IMG/VR virus record: IMGVR_UViG_644736365_000004
DNA length: 30,979 nucleotides
Direction: 5' to 3' (one strand)
Source: a virus
Lineage: Duplodnaviria; Heunggongvirae; Uroviricota; Caudoviricetes
The notes under the pieces were generated by a model. It had not been told where the DNA came from. It made no database searches and was given only the letters and a program-made list of their open reading frames with translations. Positions within the stretch are counted from its first letter, which is position 1. Every line of letters begins with the position of its first letter. Of this stretch, positions 17,669 to 27,086 are shown piece after piece. The translations under genes were made by a program, and so were the position numbers.

Positions 17669-17971
17669 ATGCAGGAACATGAAAAAAGTCTTTATTCACT
17701 GCTGATTATGGGGGCGCTCATTGCTGTTGCAAAAGTGCTGGCCAGTGATGATCCCATTACACCGCGCCTGTTTATCAGCCGCGTGATCCTGGGCAGTTTT
17801 GTTTCAGTTATCGCTGGCGCGGCGCTGATTCAAATCCCGGAGGCCAGCCCGCTGGCTATTCAGGGGCTGGGGGCTGCGCTGGGTATTGCTGGTTATCAGG
17901 CTGTTGAAATGTGGCTGCGCAGACGTGCAGCGGGAAAGAAGAACGGGAGCGTGACAAATGACCCTGAGTGA
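17669..17971 (+). CDS. holin
   Basis: 100-aa protein with three hydrophobic TM-like segments and a charged C-terminus (RRRAAGKK). RBS AAGGAAG. Immediately upstream of the endolysin. Confidence 0.55.
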   Translation: MQEHEKSLYSLLIMGALIAVAKVLASDDPITPRLFISRVILGSFVSVIAGAALIQIPEASPLAIQGLGAALGIAGYQAVEMWLRRRAAGKKNGSVTNDPE

Positions 17972-18299
17972 AAAGCAGCAGCTGTTTACCGTCATGGTGG
18001 CCAACCTGATCCACTGGGCGGAAGAACGCGGCTACCGGCTGACGTTTGGTGAAGCGTACCGCACCCCGGAACAGGCGGCGCTGAACGCGAAGAAGGGCAG
18101 CGGCATTTCTAACAGTCTGCACACCCAGCGTCTGGCCGTGGATTTTAATCTGTTTGTGAATGGCCAGTACCAGACCCGTACAGAGGACTATCTGCCGTTG
18201 GGTGAATACTGGGAATCACTGGGCGGAAGCTGGGGCGGGCGCTTCAAATCCAGACCGGATGGTAATCATTTCAGCCTGGAACATAACGGGGTGCGCTGA
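17958..18299 (+). CDS. endolysin, peptidase M15-type (L-alanyl-D-glutamate peptidase-like)
   Basis: 113-aa ORF with zinc-ligand spacing H-x6-D (HTQRLAVD) and C-terminal GNHFSLEH, typical of small M15 phage endolysins. Sits between holin and spanins. Confidence 0.7.
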   Translation: MTLSEKQQLFTVMVANLIHWAEERGYRLTFGEAYRTPEQAALNAKKGSGISNSLHTQRLAVDFNLFVNGQYQTRTEDYLPLGEYWESLGGSWGGRFKSRPDGNHFSLEHNGVR

Positions 18300-18679
18300 T
18301 GAGTCACGCGCAGTGGCTGGTTGTGGTGGCGCTGGCGTTTGTCTGGGGCTGGCTGACAGCTGACTGGCGGCGCGACAGTCTGGAGCTGGCAATCAACACG
18401 GCGGCGCAGGTGGCTGGCAATGAATCGCGAAAGGTTATGCAGGGCATTGCCAGTGATTCCGCCAGGGAGCTGGAAGATAAACTGGAGGCGCTACGAAATG
18501 CGCAACCGCGAGAGATCCGCACGGAAGTGCTTAAGCCGGTTTTTACTAACAGGTGCCTGTCTGATGAGTTTGTCAGCATGTACAACAGCGCCGTCGCCGG
18601 TACCGAACGTGCGTTATCAGGAAAACCTGAAAACACGATGCGCCACGCAGCTGCCGCGCCTGAACGGGGCAACAGGTAA
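18299..18679 (+). CDS. i-spanin (Rz-like)
   Basis: 126-aa ORF with an N-terminal TM anchor (WLVVVALAFVWGWL) followed by a charged, helical periplasmic region. Start overlaps the endolysin stop (TGATG). Confidence 0.5.
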   Translation: MSHAQWLVVVALAFVWGWLTADWRRDSLELAINTAAQVAGNESRKVMQGIASDSARELEDKLEALRNAQPREIRTEVLKPVFTNRCLSDEFVSMYNSAVAGTERALSGKPENTMRHAAAAPERGNR

Positions 18680-18797
18680 AGATGCAGCGGAACTGCTGAC
18701 TTTTTACCTTGAAATATATGGCCAGTGTGCGGCGCGTCATAATCAGTTAGTCGATGAAATTAATTTAAGAGAGCGTGTTATTTATGGAACAAATTAA
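18498..18797 (+). CDS. o-spanin (Rz1-like outer-membrane lipoprotein)
   Basis: +1-frame ORF starting inside the Rz gene and extending past it. Signal peptide MRNRERSARKCLSRFLLTGACLMSLSAC with lipobox LSAC, then a Pro-rich mature region. GGAGG 8 nt upstream of the ATG. Confidence 0.45.
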   Translation: MRNRERSARKCLSRFLLTGACLMSLSACTTAPSPVPNVRYQENLKTRCATQLPRLNGATGKDAAELLTFYLEIYGQCAARHNQLVDEINLRERVIYGTN

Positions 18798-19041
18798 ACT
18801 GAGTGTTTGTGGCGCAGATATTGTTTTTGAACCTAATCAGACTGCTTACAATAAACTGATTAATGAAATGGCAATGGATAATAAAGTTGCACCTGCAAAT
18901 AATTATCTGATGCGTATTGTTACCCCGGAAACGAAAGAAGCACTGGTTGATGTATTAAAACGTCCGGGTGCAGCGTTGCAACTGGTCAGTAAGGTTAATG
19001 ATATTTACGCGCCAGAACTGGAGATTGAAGTAAAAAACTGA
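18784..19041 (+). CDS. tail assembly chaperone (short product)
   Basis: About 85 aa from the ATG at 18784, immediately upstream of the tape measure gene. Ends with the slippery heptamer A AAA AAC just before its stop. Confidence 0.6.
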   Translation: MEQIKLSVCGADIVFEPNQTAYNKLINEMAMDNKVAPANNYLMRIVTPETKEALVDVLKRPGAALQLVSKVNDIYAPELEIEVKN

Positions 19042-19232
19042 CAAAGCGAGTCCATGATATTGAACGAAATGGACTCGAACAGTATTTAATTCTTCGCCGT
19101 CATTATTTACCACATGGTCAGGATTCCGTTGACGATATTGCCGCCGCTATATGGCTGGATAACCGTCACTGGGAATATACGGGAATAGCCGTGGCTAATG
19201 GCGTGGCTAAAGCATTTAAAGGCACTGAATGA
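18784..19232 (+). CDS. tail assembly chaperone, predicted -1 frameshift fusion product
   Basis: Zero-frame codons GTA AAA AAC TGA (19030-19041) contain the X XXY YYZ heptamer A AAA AAC at 19032-19038. The -1 frame is open for 64 codons from 19038 to TGA at 19230-19232, overlapping the tape-measure ATG at 19229. Confidence 0.45.
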
Positions 19233-21289
19233 AACAGTTAGATTTTACATTAAGCCTTATTGATAAATTGTCCCGCCCGTTAAAACAGGCGCAGGGCAAC
19301 GTAACGGGCTTTGCTGAAAAATCAAAAGAAGCCTTTATGCAGATTGGCGGCGGTGTTCTGGCGCTGACGGGTACAGGGATGGCCATTAAAGGTGCGCTGA
19401 TGCCCGCCATTGAAATGTATGACGCGCTGAATGATGCGGCCGCAAAAGGGATCGATGATTCTGCGCTTAAGGCTGTTCAGCGTGATGCGCTGCGCTTCAG
19501 TACAACCTACGGCGCCAGCGCAGTGGAGTTTGTACAGTCCACGGAAAGTATAAACGCCTCCATTGCCGGGCTGACCGGGAATGAGCTGCCGAAAGTGACG
19601 AAAGTCGCCAATACCCTGGCGTTTGCGCTCAAATCCACCGCAGCGGAAACCGCTGAGTTTATGGGGCAGATGTTCGGTAACTTTTCCGCCGATGCCAACC
19701 GGCTGGGAAAGGTTGAGTTTGCTGAACAGCTCGCCGGAAAAATGGTGTACATGCGCAAAACCTTTGGCACGGAAATGGCTGCTATCAAGGATTTGATGGA
19801 AGGGGCGCGCGGCGTGGGTACCAACTACGGCGTGGGGCTGGATGAACAGCTGGCCGTGCTGGGACAGCTTCAGCGGACACTGGGCACGGAAGCCAGCAGC
19901 GCTTATGAAGGCTTTATGACCGGAGCCATTGAGGGCGGTAAAAAGCTGGGGATGTCCTTCACGGATTCCACCGGCAAAATGTTGTCCATGCCTGAAATGC
20001 TGATCAAGTTACAGGGCAAGTATGGCAAAAGCCTGGAAGGGAATCTGAAAGCCCAGGCTGAACTGGATGCGGCATTTGGTGACAGTTCGGCTGTGGTGAA
20101 ACACCTTTATGGCAATGTGGCGCTGCTTCAGCGCAATATCACAGAGCTGGGCGGTGCTGATGGTCTGAAGCGTACCCAGGAAATGGCGCAGAAAATGGTG
20201 AAGCCGTGGGATCGCTTTGTCGCAATCCTGAAGGCTATCCAGACCGTAATCGGCCTGACGCTGATCCCGGTGCTTTATCCGGTTCTGAACCGCCTGGCCG
20301 ATATGGGGCAGACTTTTGCCCGCTGGATGCAGCTGTTTCCCAACATTGCGCGTGTTGTCGGGTATGCGGCAATGGCCTTACTCAGCTTTGCAGCTGTGGG
20401 GGCAGTCGCCAATATCGTGATGGGTGTCTCCAGATTCATCATGATGGGGTTGCGCGGGATCTGGGTGGCGCTGACGACCGTCACGAAAATCTACACCGCC
20501 ACTGTCTGGTTGGGGAACATTGCCGTGGTTGCCTGGAACGCCACGCTGAAATTTCTGCGCGGTACGTTGCTGGCGGTTCGTATGGCGGCAATGATGGCCG
20601 GGATAGGTATTAATCTGATGAGCTGGCCGATCCTGCTTGTGATTGGTGCCGTTGCCTTACTTGCTGCTGGTTGCTGGCTGCTGATTAAACACTGGGACAC
20701 GGTAAAGAACGCGGTCATGGATACCGCTGCATTTCAGGCATGCGCCAGGGTAGTGGCATGGCTTGCCGGGGTGTTTGCTTCAGCCTGGCAGTTTATCAGC
20801 GAAGGCTGGAACAGTTTTATTTCCATGCTGACCGGGTTTTCTCCTTCTCAGGCATTAAGCGGGCTGGCCACGGGCATTGTGTCATTGTTTGATAATGTCT
20901 GGCTGTCGGTTAAAAACGGCTTTCTGAAATCATGGAACTGGATTGTAAGTAAATTAAATAATATTCCGGGTGTCGATATTGAACTGGCGGGGGCTTCTTC
21001 AGCAGGTATCGCTAAAAATGAAACAGCGGTGTATCCGGTACCAGAGTTAAAACAATCCGCAAAAGCTGAAGGCGCACTTCCTGCGGTGACGCAAAATAGT
21101 TTCACCCCAGACAGGCTTTTAACCGGAGGTGAATTAAAAGACATTGAGAAGGGCGGAATTACCAAAACGATTAACAGTAATGCTAAGTCCTTGACCGACA
21201 ATAGCCGGAAAATTGACACAGTAAACATTTATCCGAAAGAAATGATTACACCCGGTCAGTTAATGGAATTTCAGGAGCTGGGCGCATGA
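19229..21289 (+). CDS. tail tape measure protein
   Basis: 686-aa Ala/Gly/Leu-rich ORF with internal hydrophobic segments, directly after the frameshifting chaperone. Confidence 0.7.
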   Translation: MKQLDFTLSLIDKLSRPLKQAQGNVTGFAEKSKEAFMQIGGGVLALTGTGMAIKGALMPAIEMYDALNDAAAKGIDDSALKAVQRDALRFSTTYGASAVEFVQSTESINASIAGLTGNELPKVTKVANTLAFALKSTAAETAEFMGQMFGNFSADANRLGKVEFAEQLAGKMVYMRKTFGTEMAAIKDLMEGARGVGTNYGVGLDEQLAVLGQLQRTLGTEASSAYEGFMTGAIEGGKKLGMSFTDSTGKMLSMPEMLIKLQGKYGKSLEGNLKAQAELDAAFGDSSAVVKHLYGNVALLQRNITELGGADGLKRTQEMAQKMVKPWDRFVAILKAIQTVIGLTLIPVLYPVLNRLADMGQTFARWMQLFPNIARVVGYAAMALLSFAAVGAVANIVMGVSRFIMMGLRGIWVALTTVTKIYTATVWLGNIAVVAWNATLKFLRGTLLAVRMAAMMAGIGINLMSWPILLVIGAVALLAAGCWLLIKHWDTVKNAVMDTAAFQACARVVAWLAGVFASAWQFISEGWNSFISMLTGFSPSQALSGLATGIVSLFDNVWLSVKNGFLKSWNWIVSKLNNIPGVDIELAGASSAGIAKNETAVYPVPELKQSAKAEGALPAVTQNSFTPDRLLTGGELKDIEKGGITKTINSNAKSLTDNSRKIDTVNIYPKEMITPGQLMEFQELGA

Positions 21290-21615
21290 GTGAGAGTCTT
21301 TATATTGATTTGCTTATTCAGGGCGGTGATTTTGTTCTGAATACCGGATATGAACCTGAACTGTGTAATAACCGTAAAAGTATCGGACAGGACATTATTC
21401 ATTCCATTATTGAAAGCGGGCTGGCAACGGAACTGATTGCCGAACGCAGCCCAACAATGCGGGCGGATATTTTTACCCGTATGGAATTACTGATTGAAGA
21501 TGATGAACGGATTATTCCGGGAACAGTGGAAATCAGTGAGGAAAGTCAGAAACGATTATGGATAACGGCCAGCACCTATGATTTTGGCGGCATTTCTGCG
21601 CAGGTGGATTTATGA
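21286..21615 (+). CDS. putative baseplate protein (gpW/gp25-like position)
   Basis: 109-aa ORF coupled between the tape measure and baseplate J genes. Size and position only. Confidence 0.35.
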   Translation: MSESLYIDLLIQGGDFVLNTGYEPELCNNRKSIGQDIIHSIIESGLATELIAERSPTMRADIFTRMELLIEDDERIIPGTVEISEESQKRLWITASTYDFGGISAQVDL

Positions 21616-22796
21616 CAGAAAAACCGCAGGTTGATTTTGAGGAAGTGGTGAAGGCCAGCGGGATGCCGGTGACGGAATCTGAAGTGCGGGATCGCTTTAA
21701 TGCGATTGCGGCTGAGGAAGGCATGATCACCAACACATCCCGCATGTCACCGTTCTGGCGGTTAGTCACGGCCATTGTGACTGCGCCGGTGATGTGGCTG
21801 AAAGAGGTTCTGGTATCCACGGTGCTGGCCAATATGTTTGTGGCCACGGCCAGCGGGAGCATGTTGCGTCTGCTGGCCTGGGCGGTGAACGTGACGGCGA
21901 AGCCCGCCAGCGCCGCGCAGGGTGTGATCCGCTTCTTTAAGGAAGATGCCAGAGCCGTTGTGACGGTGAAGGCCGGGACGGTTATCCAGACTGAACGCAT
22001 CAACGGCAGGGTGTACGAACTGGCGACCACCGGCGATGTGGTGATCCCTTCCGGCACGGCCAGCGCATTGCTGCCGGTGAAAGCCACCGGAACCGGGGGA
22101 GCCTATAACCTTGCACCAGGGTATTACCGCATTTTGCCTGTGGCCGTGGATGGTATCAGTCATGTGGCCAGCGAGGAAAACTGGCTGACGGTGCCGGGTG
22201 CCGATGAAGAAAGTGATGATGAACTGCGTGAACGTTGCCGCAACCAGTTCAACCTGGTGGGCAATTACCACACGGATGCGGTTTACCGTTCAATGATTGC
22301 CGGTGTTGCCGGGCTGAGTATTGACCGGATTTTCTTTGAGCATGAAGCGCCGAGGGGACCGGGTACCGCAAACGCCTATTTATTGTTGGATAGCGGGGTG
22401 GCTTCCGCGCCGTTTGTGAATGCGGTGAATGATTACATCAACACGCAGGGACACCACGGCCACGGCGACGATATGCAGTGTTACGCCATGCCGGAAACCC
22501 GTCACGATCTGGCCGTAACGGTGTACGTCAGAAATCTGGCCAACCTGACAGACGACGAACAGAACAGCCTGAAGGCCGGGATTGAAAACATGATCCGCTG
22601 TGCTTTTCGTGAAAACGCTGATTTTGACGTCAGAAAAACGTGGCCATATTCGCGGTTCTCGTTTTCTCAGTTGGGGCGGGAGATCCACAAAACCTTTGCG
22701 CTGGCGGATTCGCTGTCCTTTTCACTGGGAGACATTACCAGTGAGCTGAATGTGCCGCGCCTGAAGTCACTGGTAGTGAGTCTTGAGAATGAATGA
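21612..22796 (+). CDS. baseplate J-like protein
   Basis: 394-aa ORF coupled upstream of the gpI-like and tail fiber genes. Assigned by synteny with the W-J-I-H-G order. Confidence 0.5.
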   Translation: MTEKPQVDFEEVVKASGMPVTESEVRDRFNAIAAEEGMITNTSRMSPFWRLVTAIVTAPVMWLKEVLVSTVLANMFVATASGSMLRLLAWAVNVTAKPASAAQGVIRFFKEDARAVVTVKAGTVIQTERINGRVYELATTGDVVIPSGTASALLPVKATGTGGAYNLAPGYYRILPVAVDGISHVASEENWLTVPGADEESDDELRERCRNQFNLVGNYHTDAVYRSMIAGVAGLSIDRIFFEHEAPRGPGTANAYLLLDSGVASAPFVNAVNDYINTQGHHGHGDDMQCYAMPETRHDLAVTVYVRNLANLTDDEQNSLKAGIENMIRCAFRENADFDVRKTWPYSRFSFSQLGREIHKTFALADSLSFSLGDITSELNVPRLKSLVVSLENE

Positions 22797-23376
22797 GTTC
22801 ATGAAAAAGCTGGCCGGGATGGTGCTTCCCTCCTGGATGGATCAGGGGGAGCCGAACAAGCTGCTGAAAACAGCCCGGCGATTCTGGGCGGAGGTTTACG
22901 GCTGGATAACCTGGCCACTGAACCAGTTTGATCCGCTGACCTGCACACCGGCATTACTGAACCTGCTGGCGTATGACCGGGACATAACCCGCTTTGATGG
23001 TGAGCCATTGAGTCTGTTCCGCAAACGGGTGGCGTTTGCCTTCGTGAATGCGCGTGATGCCGGTTCCGTTGAGGGATTTATCAACATCTTTGAACGGCTG
23101 GGCATTGGATATGTGGAGCTGCGGGAGCGTCAGCCGGGTATTGACTGGGATGTGATCCTGGTACGTGTGACAGACAGCCAGATAGCGGACAACACGCAGT
23201 TGCTTATCCAGATAATCCGGCAGTACGGGCGAACATGCCGCCGTTATCAGTTTGAGGTGATCACATCGGAAAAAATGGCTATCAGAGCCGGATGGGATCA
23301 GGGGGAATATGTGGTTTATCCGGCTTCGTTAGCAGGGACGGAAACCCACAGCGCGACATTCAGCGCAGGTTTGTAA
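22789..23376 (+). CDS. baseplate/tail protein (gpI-like)
   Basis: About 195 aa. ATG at 22789 overlaps the J stop (ATGAATGA); the ATG at 22801 is an alternative start. Lies between J and the tail fiber. Confidence 0.45.
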   Translation: MNEFMKKLAGMVLPSWMDQGEPNKLLKTARRFWAEVYGWITWPLNQFDPLTCTPALLNLLAYDRDITRFDGEPLSLFRKRVAFAFVNARDAGSVEGFINIFERLGIGYVELRERQPGIDWDVILVRVTDSQIADNTQLLIQIIRQYGRTCRRYQFEVITSEKMAIRAGWDQGEYVVYPASLAGTETHSATFSAGL

Positions 23377-23386
23377 GGAGTTTTTT

Positions 23387-25435
23387 ATGTCACAGACAGC
23401 TATCACGCTGGCATTTGAGCACTGGAAAGCGCAGCAGGGTGCAACCGGCGAGCCGGTGTTACTGGATGAATTTGTGTTTGCGAATGTACCAGGACTAACC
23501 CCGGATACACCTGTTGATCGCAGTGAAGCAATGCCGCCTGTGGAGCAGATTGTGCACCGGCAGCCTGTTACCCGCACTGGCGTGGTGAATGAAAATGGCG
23601 TGGTGTATTCCGCCGTTCTAGGCGCTGATGTGGGTGATTTCAGTTTCAACTGGATTGGTCTGCTGAATAAGGCCAGCGGCACCCTGGCCATGATTGTTCA
23701 TGCGCCTGTGCAGCAAAAGCTGAAAACAGCGGAAGGGCAGCAGGGGAACGTGCTTACCCGTTCGTTTCTGATGGAGTACAACGGCGCACAGACCGAAACC
23801 GGGATTACTACACCGGCTGAGACTTGGCAGATTGACTTCACGGCGCGTATGGCCGGGATGGATGAGCGTCAGCGCCTGGAAAATGCGGATATTTACGGCG
23901 CTGCGGCATTCTTTGGCGATGGTTATCTGGTCGGTAAAACGGGCAATCAGTTCTTTGTCACCAAAGGCACCGGCTATGTGGCGGGACTGCGTACGTCACT
24001 GGCTGCAAATCAGAATATCACTGTGACGGTAAAGCCAGTCAAAGTCTGGCTGGATGTGTGCTGGACGGGAGCACTGACCAGTGTCTGGAATGTGCAGAAC
24101 AAAATCACCGTGGCGGAAAACCTGGCTGATTACGTGCAGAACGGTGTGCAGCATTACGTGTTTGCTGTGGCCAGTGTTGATGTAAATGGCAATATCACTG
24201 ATTTACGGCCTAAAGGGTCGCTAAATGAGCAGGTGGCCAGCGATGCGCTAAAAAAGCATGAGCAGTCCCGGAATCATCCTGATGCGACGACCAGCGCGAA
24301 GGGATTCACCCAGTTAAGCAGCGCGACAGACAGCGCCAGTGAAGAACTGGCCGCGACGTCGAAAGCGGTTAAAATCGCGATGGATAACGCCAACGCACGT
24401 CTTGCGAGAGACCGAAACGGTTCTGATATTCCTAATCCAGCCTTGTTTGTTCAAAACATTGGTTTGCAGAGTACTGTAAATAAAGCTGACGGTGCTATTC
24501 AGAGGTCCGGCGACAATATGGACGGACCGCTCGGTCTTAAACGAACATCCTCTTTTGGTGTGGGTACTGAGAACGCGCTCGGCGGAAACTCCATTGCCAT
24601 CGGTGACAACGATTCAGGGTTTAAGTCAAATGGTGACGGTAACATTGCGCTGATGGCAAATAGTGTTCTTGCCGGGTATTTTTCGGAAAATGAATTACAG
24701 CATCGGAAAAAAATGCTGACAAAAATTTTTCAGGCCATTGCAGAAAACAACTGGACGGAAGGTGCCGGAGGTTTTGGTTCGCAACTTGGAAGTGGCGCAC
24801 CTTTTATCAGTCCGCGAATAACCCGACCAAATGATGACAACAATTATTTCCCTTTCTGGAAGCAAATTGTCTCTCTTGTCTCTGGTTATCCCGTTGCCGC
24901 TTCAATGGGGTTAATGACGACAGGGAAAACAAACTTTCCGCAGATTGTTATTCATGCGAAAACGGATTTTGAGGTCAATGACAAGCTATGGGTGTTTGAT
25001 GTTGCAACCGGAGAGTTTCGCGCACCGGCTAAAATTACCGCCCGCGAAATTGAGCTTAGCAGCAATGGTGGCGTAGCCGCTGATGGCCAGTTACGTGGCT
25101 CTGCGTGGGGCGGGACGTTAAGTAACTATCTGGATAACAGGTTCAACCGAAAAAATACGGCAACACTAGGTTTTTCTGGCTGGAGTCGTGATGAATCAAC
25201 GGGGCTGATTATGCAGTGGGGAAATGTTGACAATGCCAGAGGAACCTATTCTTTCCCAAGAGCATTCAGTGATACTTGCTTTGCAGTATTTGCCTGTAAC
25301 AAAGACGGGCAACTCGGGGCAATAGACAACGCATATGGCTATCCGGTGAGTAAAACGCAGTTCTATCTCGCGAGTAAAGCGAACTCTGGCGCTGATACTG
25401 CATGCGGCATTTCATGGTTTGCACTGGGGTACTGA
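23387..25435 (+). CDS. tail fiber protein
   Basis: 682-aa ORF followed by a Tfa gene. Contains the collar motif [24 protein letters not shown] (coded ~24300-24390), shared by many tail fibers. C-terminal half is visibly more AT-rich. Confidence 0.8.
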   Translation: MSQTAITLAFEHWKAQQGATGEPVLLDEFVFANVPGLTPDTPVDRSEAMPPVEQIVHRQPVTRTGVVNENGVVYSAVLGADVGDFSFNWIGLLNKASGTLAMIVHAPVQQKLKTAEGQQGNVLTRSFLMEYNGAQTETGITTPAETWQIDFTARMAGMDERQRLENADIYGAAAFFGDGYLVGKTGNQFFVTKGTGYVAGLRTSLAANQNITVTVKPVKVWLDVCWTGALTSVWNVQNKITVAENLADYVQNGVQHYVFAVASVDVNGNITDLRPKGSLNEQVASDALKKHEQSRNHPDATTSAKGFTQLSSATDSASEELAATSKAVKIAMDNANARLARDRNGSDIPNPALFVQNIGLQSTVNKADGAIQRSGDNMDGPLGLKRTSSFGVGTENALGGNSIAIGDNDSGFKSNGDGNIALMANSVLAGYFSENELQHRKKMLTKIFQAIAENNWTEGAGGFGSQLGSGAPFISPRITRPNDDNNYFPFWKQIVSLVSGYPVAASMGLMTTGKTNFPQIVIHAKTDFEVNDKLWVFDVATGEFRAPAKITAREIELSSNGGVAADGQLRGSAWGGTLSNYLDNRFNRKNTATLGFSGWSRDESTGLIMQWGNVDNARGTYSFPRAFSDTCFAVFACNKDGQLGAIDNAYGYPVSKTQFYLASKANSGADTACGISWFALGY

Positions 25436-25437
25436 TA

Positions 25438-25854
25438 ATGACTGAGCAATATTACTACAGCTATTCGGCGAAGGGCTTTTTCTGGCTGAGTGCAGATGAA
25501 CTTAAGGGAAAAGATATTCCCGCTGACCTGATACCCGTCAGCGAGGAAGATCACGCCGCACTGTTCCTCGGTCAGGAGCAGGGGAAATACATTAACCATA
25601 CTCCTGATGGACCCCTTCTGGTTGACCAGCCTGATTACTCGCCAGAAGAACTCATTGCACAGGCAGAAATCAAAAAGGAAAAACTTCTATCAGAGGCTGA
25701 AGTTGTCATAGCGCCACTGGCTCGGGCAGTAAAACTGAAAATTGCAACAGATGAAGAGATTGCATTGCTGGAAGCATGGGAACTCTACAGCGTTATGGTT
25801 AACCGTGTTGATACTTCAGATCCTGAATGGCCGGAGGTGCCTGATGTGGCGTGA
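25438..25854 (+). CDS. tail fiber assembly protein (Tfa)
   Basis: About 138 aa from the ATG at 25438 (track start 25402 overlaps the fiber). C-terminal region [55 protein letters not shown] matches the conserved Tfa signature. Confidence 0.85.
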   Translation: MTEQYYYSYSAKGFFWLSADELKGKDIPADLIPVSEEDHAALFLGQEQGKYINHTPDGPLLVDQPDYSPEELIAQAEIKKEKLLSEAEVVIAPLARAVKLKIATDEEIALLEAWELYSVMVNRVDTSDPEWPEVPDVA

Positions 25855-26569
25855 AGCGCGTCTGGCTTTTACTGACTCACTGGCCGCGCTGAATTGTTCG
25901 GTCATTCCGGCGCATCCGTGGATAAACGGACTGGGGCAACAGACGGATAACGGCGCATATCTTAGCCCGGTGAATGCCGTCCGTTATCTTGCTGAAAGAC
26001 TGGCCGGAACAGGGGGGAATATCGATGTGATGATCATGATGGTGACTGGTCAGACGCATGAGAATTTTATGACCCGCCTCAACGGTCTGGTCGATGTTTT
26101 CCCGGCACCGGCATTCACGCAGGTAAAACGCCTGGCGCAATCCGCTGCGGCGCTGGCCATCGAAAAAATGCAGATCCCCGCCAAAGCTAGGGCGGGGTTG
26201 CCGGTTGCCATTCCGCTGTCAGTTCCAACCACCAGGGCGGCATTGTCTGCGGCGGCTGTCAGCCAGGCACAGAAAGCAGCCAGTGCGGGATTCAGCCTGG
26301 ACGGATTAAAGCAGCAAATGGGTGAGTTCGCGCAGCTGCGCGACAGCCTGATCAGTGATGTGGCCAGCGGGCTGAATGATTTGCAGGGGAAAAGCGCGAG
26401 GGCATGGGTGTTTACCAGCACCGGCGATACGGCCACCACGCTGCTGGAACTGGTAAAAGATATCCCGCAACCGTCAGCCGTCTATACCGCGGCGGTGATG
26501 CTGGTCGGTGACAATCTGGATGGAATAAAGGGAGTGATTCATGACTTCGATCCCAACGCTGGCGCTTAA
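25844..26569 (+). CDS. hypothetical late-operon protein
   Basis: About 241 aa from the ATG at 25844, overlapping the Tfa stop (ATGTGGCGTGA). GC content matches the phage. No recognisable motif. Confidence 0.4.
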   Translation: MWREARLAFTDSLAALNCSVIPAHPWINGLGQQTDNGAYLSPVNAVRYLAERLAGTGGNIDVMIMMVTGQTHENFMTRLNGLVDVFPAPAFTQVKRLAQSAAALAIEKMQIPAKARAGLPVAIPLSVPTTRAALSAAAVSQAQKAASAGFSLDGLKQQMGEFAQLRDSLISDVASGLNDLQGKSARAWVFTSTGDTATTLLELVKDIPQPSAVYTAAVMLVGDNLDGIKGVIHDFDPNAGA

Positions 26570-27086
26570 TGGTGAAGCTATCCAGCTGAAAAACATGCGT
26601 GTGACCGTATCGCAGCAATTTCAGGATAAAGACCAGTCCGGCCAGACAAGCGCCACAACCAAATCAGAACAGGGGGCAAAAGGGAAAGAGCTGCGTATCA
26701 GTGGTGAAATTCCGTTTAAAAGCCCGGAGATCCTGAAGCGTATTTTTGAACTGGCCAGCGCCACGGATGCCGGAGGCAACCGCCAGAAATACCGCGTGGC
26801 ACATGAAGCGGCCAGAGCCGTGAATTTTCGCGAGGCGACATTCAGTGGAATGCTTGATGCCCCGCAGCAGGACGGGAAAATGGCCTGGCTGGTCACGTTC
26901 ACCCTGACAGAACATATCAGCGTGCAGGAAAAGCGGGAAGCCAGGGCAACAGGTAAAACGTCTGCCAAAAAACAGACGGCCGGTAATGCGGGACAATCTG
27001 GCGGTCAGAGTGCCGGGGAAGATGAAGAAAAACTGACGTGGTTTGAAAAACGGGTGCTGAAACCCGTCAATGATGCTTTGGGTTAA
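26541..27086 (+). CDS. hypothetical late-operon protein
   Basis: 181-aa ORF with strong RBS AAGGGAG. Overlaps the upstream ORF by 29 nt and the downstream ORF by 1 nt (TAATG). Low-complexity basic/Gln-rich C-terminal region. Confidence 0.4.
   Translation: MTSIPTLALNGEAIQLKNMRVTVSQQFQDKDQSGQTSATTKSEQGAKGKELRISGEIPFKSPEILKRIFELASATDAGGNRQKYRVAHEAARAVNFREATFSGMLDAPQQDGKMAWLVTFTLTEHISVQEKREARATGKTSAKKQTAGNAGQSGGQSAGEDEEKLTWFEKRVLKPVNDALG

Noticed and set aside
25742-25843. Upstream extension of the post-Tfa ORF (track start 25742, MQQMKR...)
   Set aside because: The extension runs through the conserved Tfa C-terminus in another frame. The ATG at 25844 overlapping the Tfa stop fits the coupling pattern used throughout the operon.
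23387-25854. Possible invertible tail-fiber segment (Mu G-segment or P1 C-segment type)
   Set aside because: No invertase-like ORF nearby, no flanking inverted repeats seen, and no oppositely oriented alternative fiber/Tfa pair. The Tfa gene follows in the same orientation.
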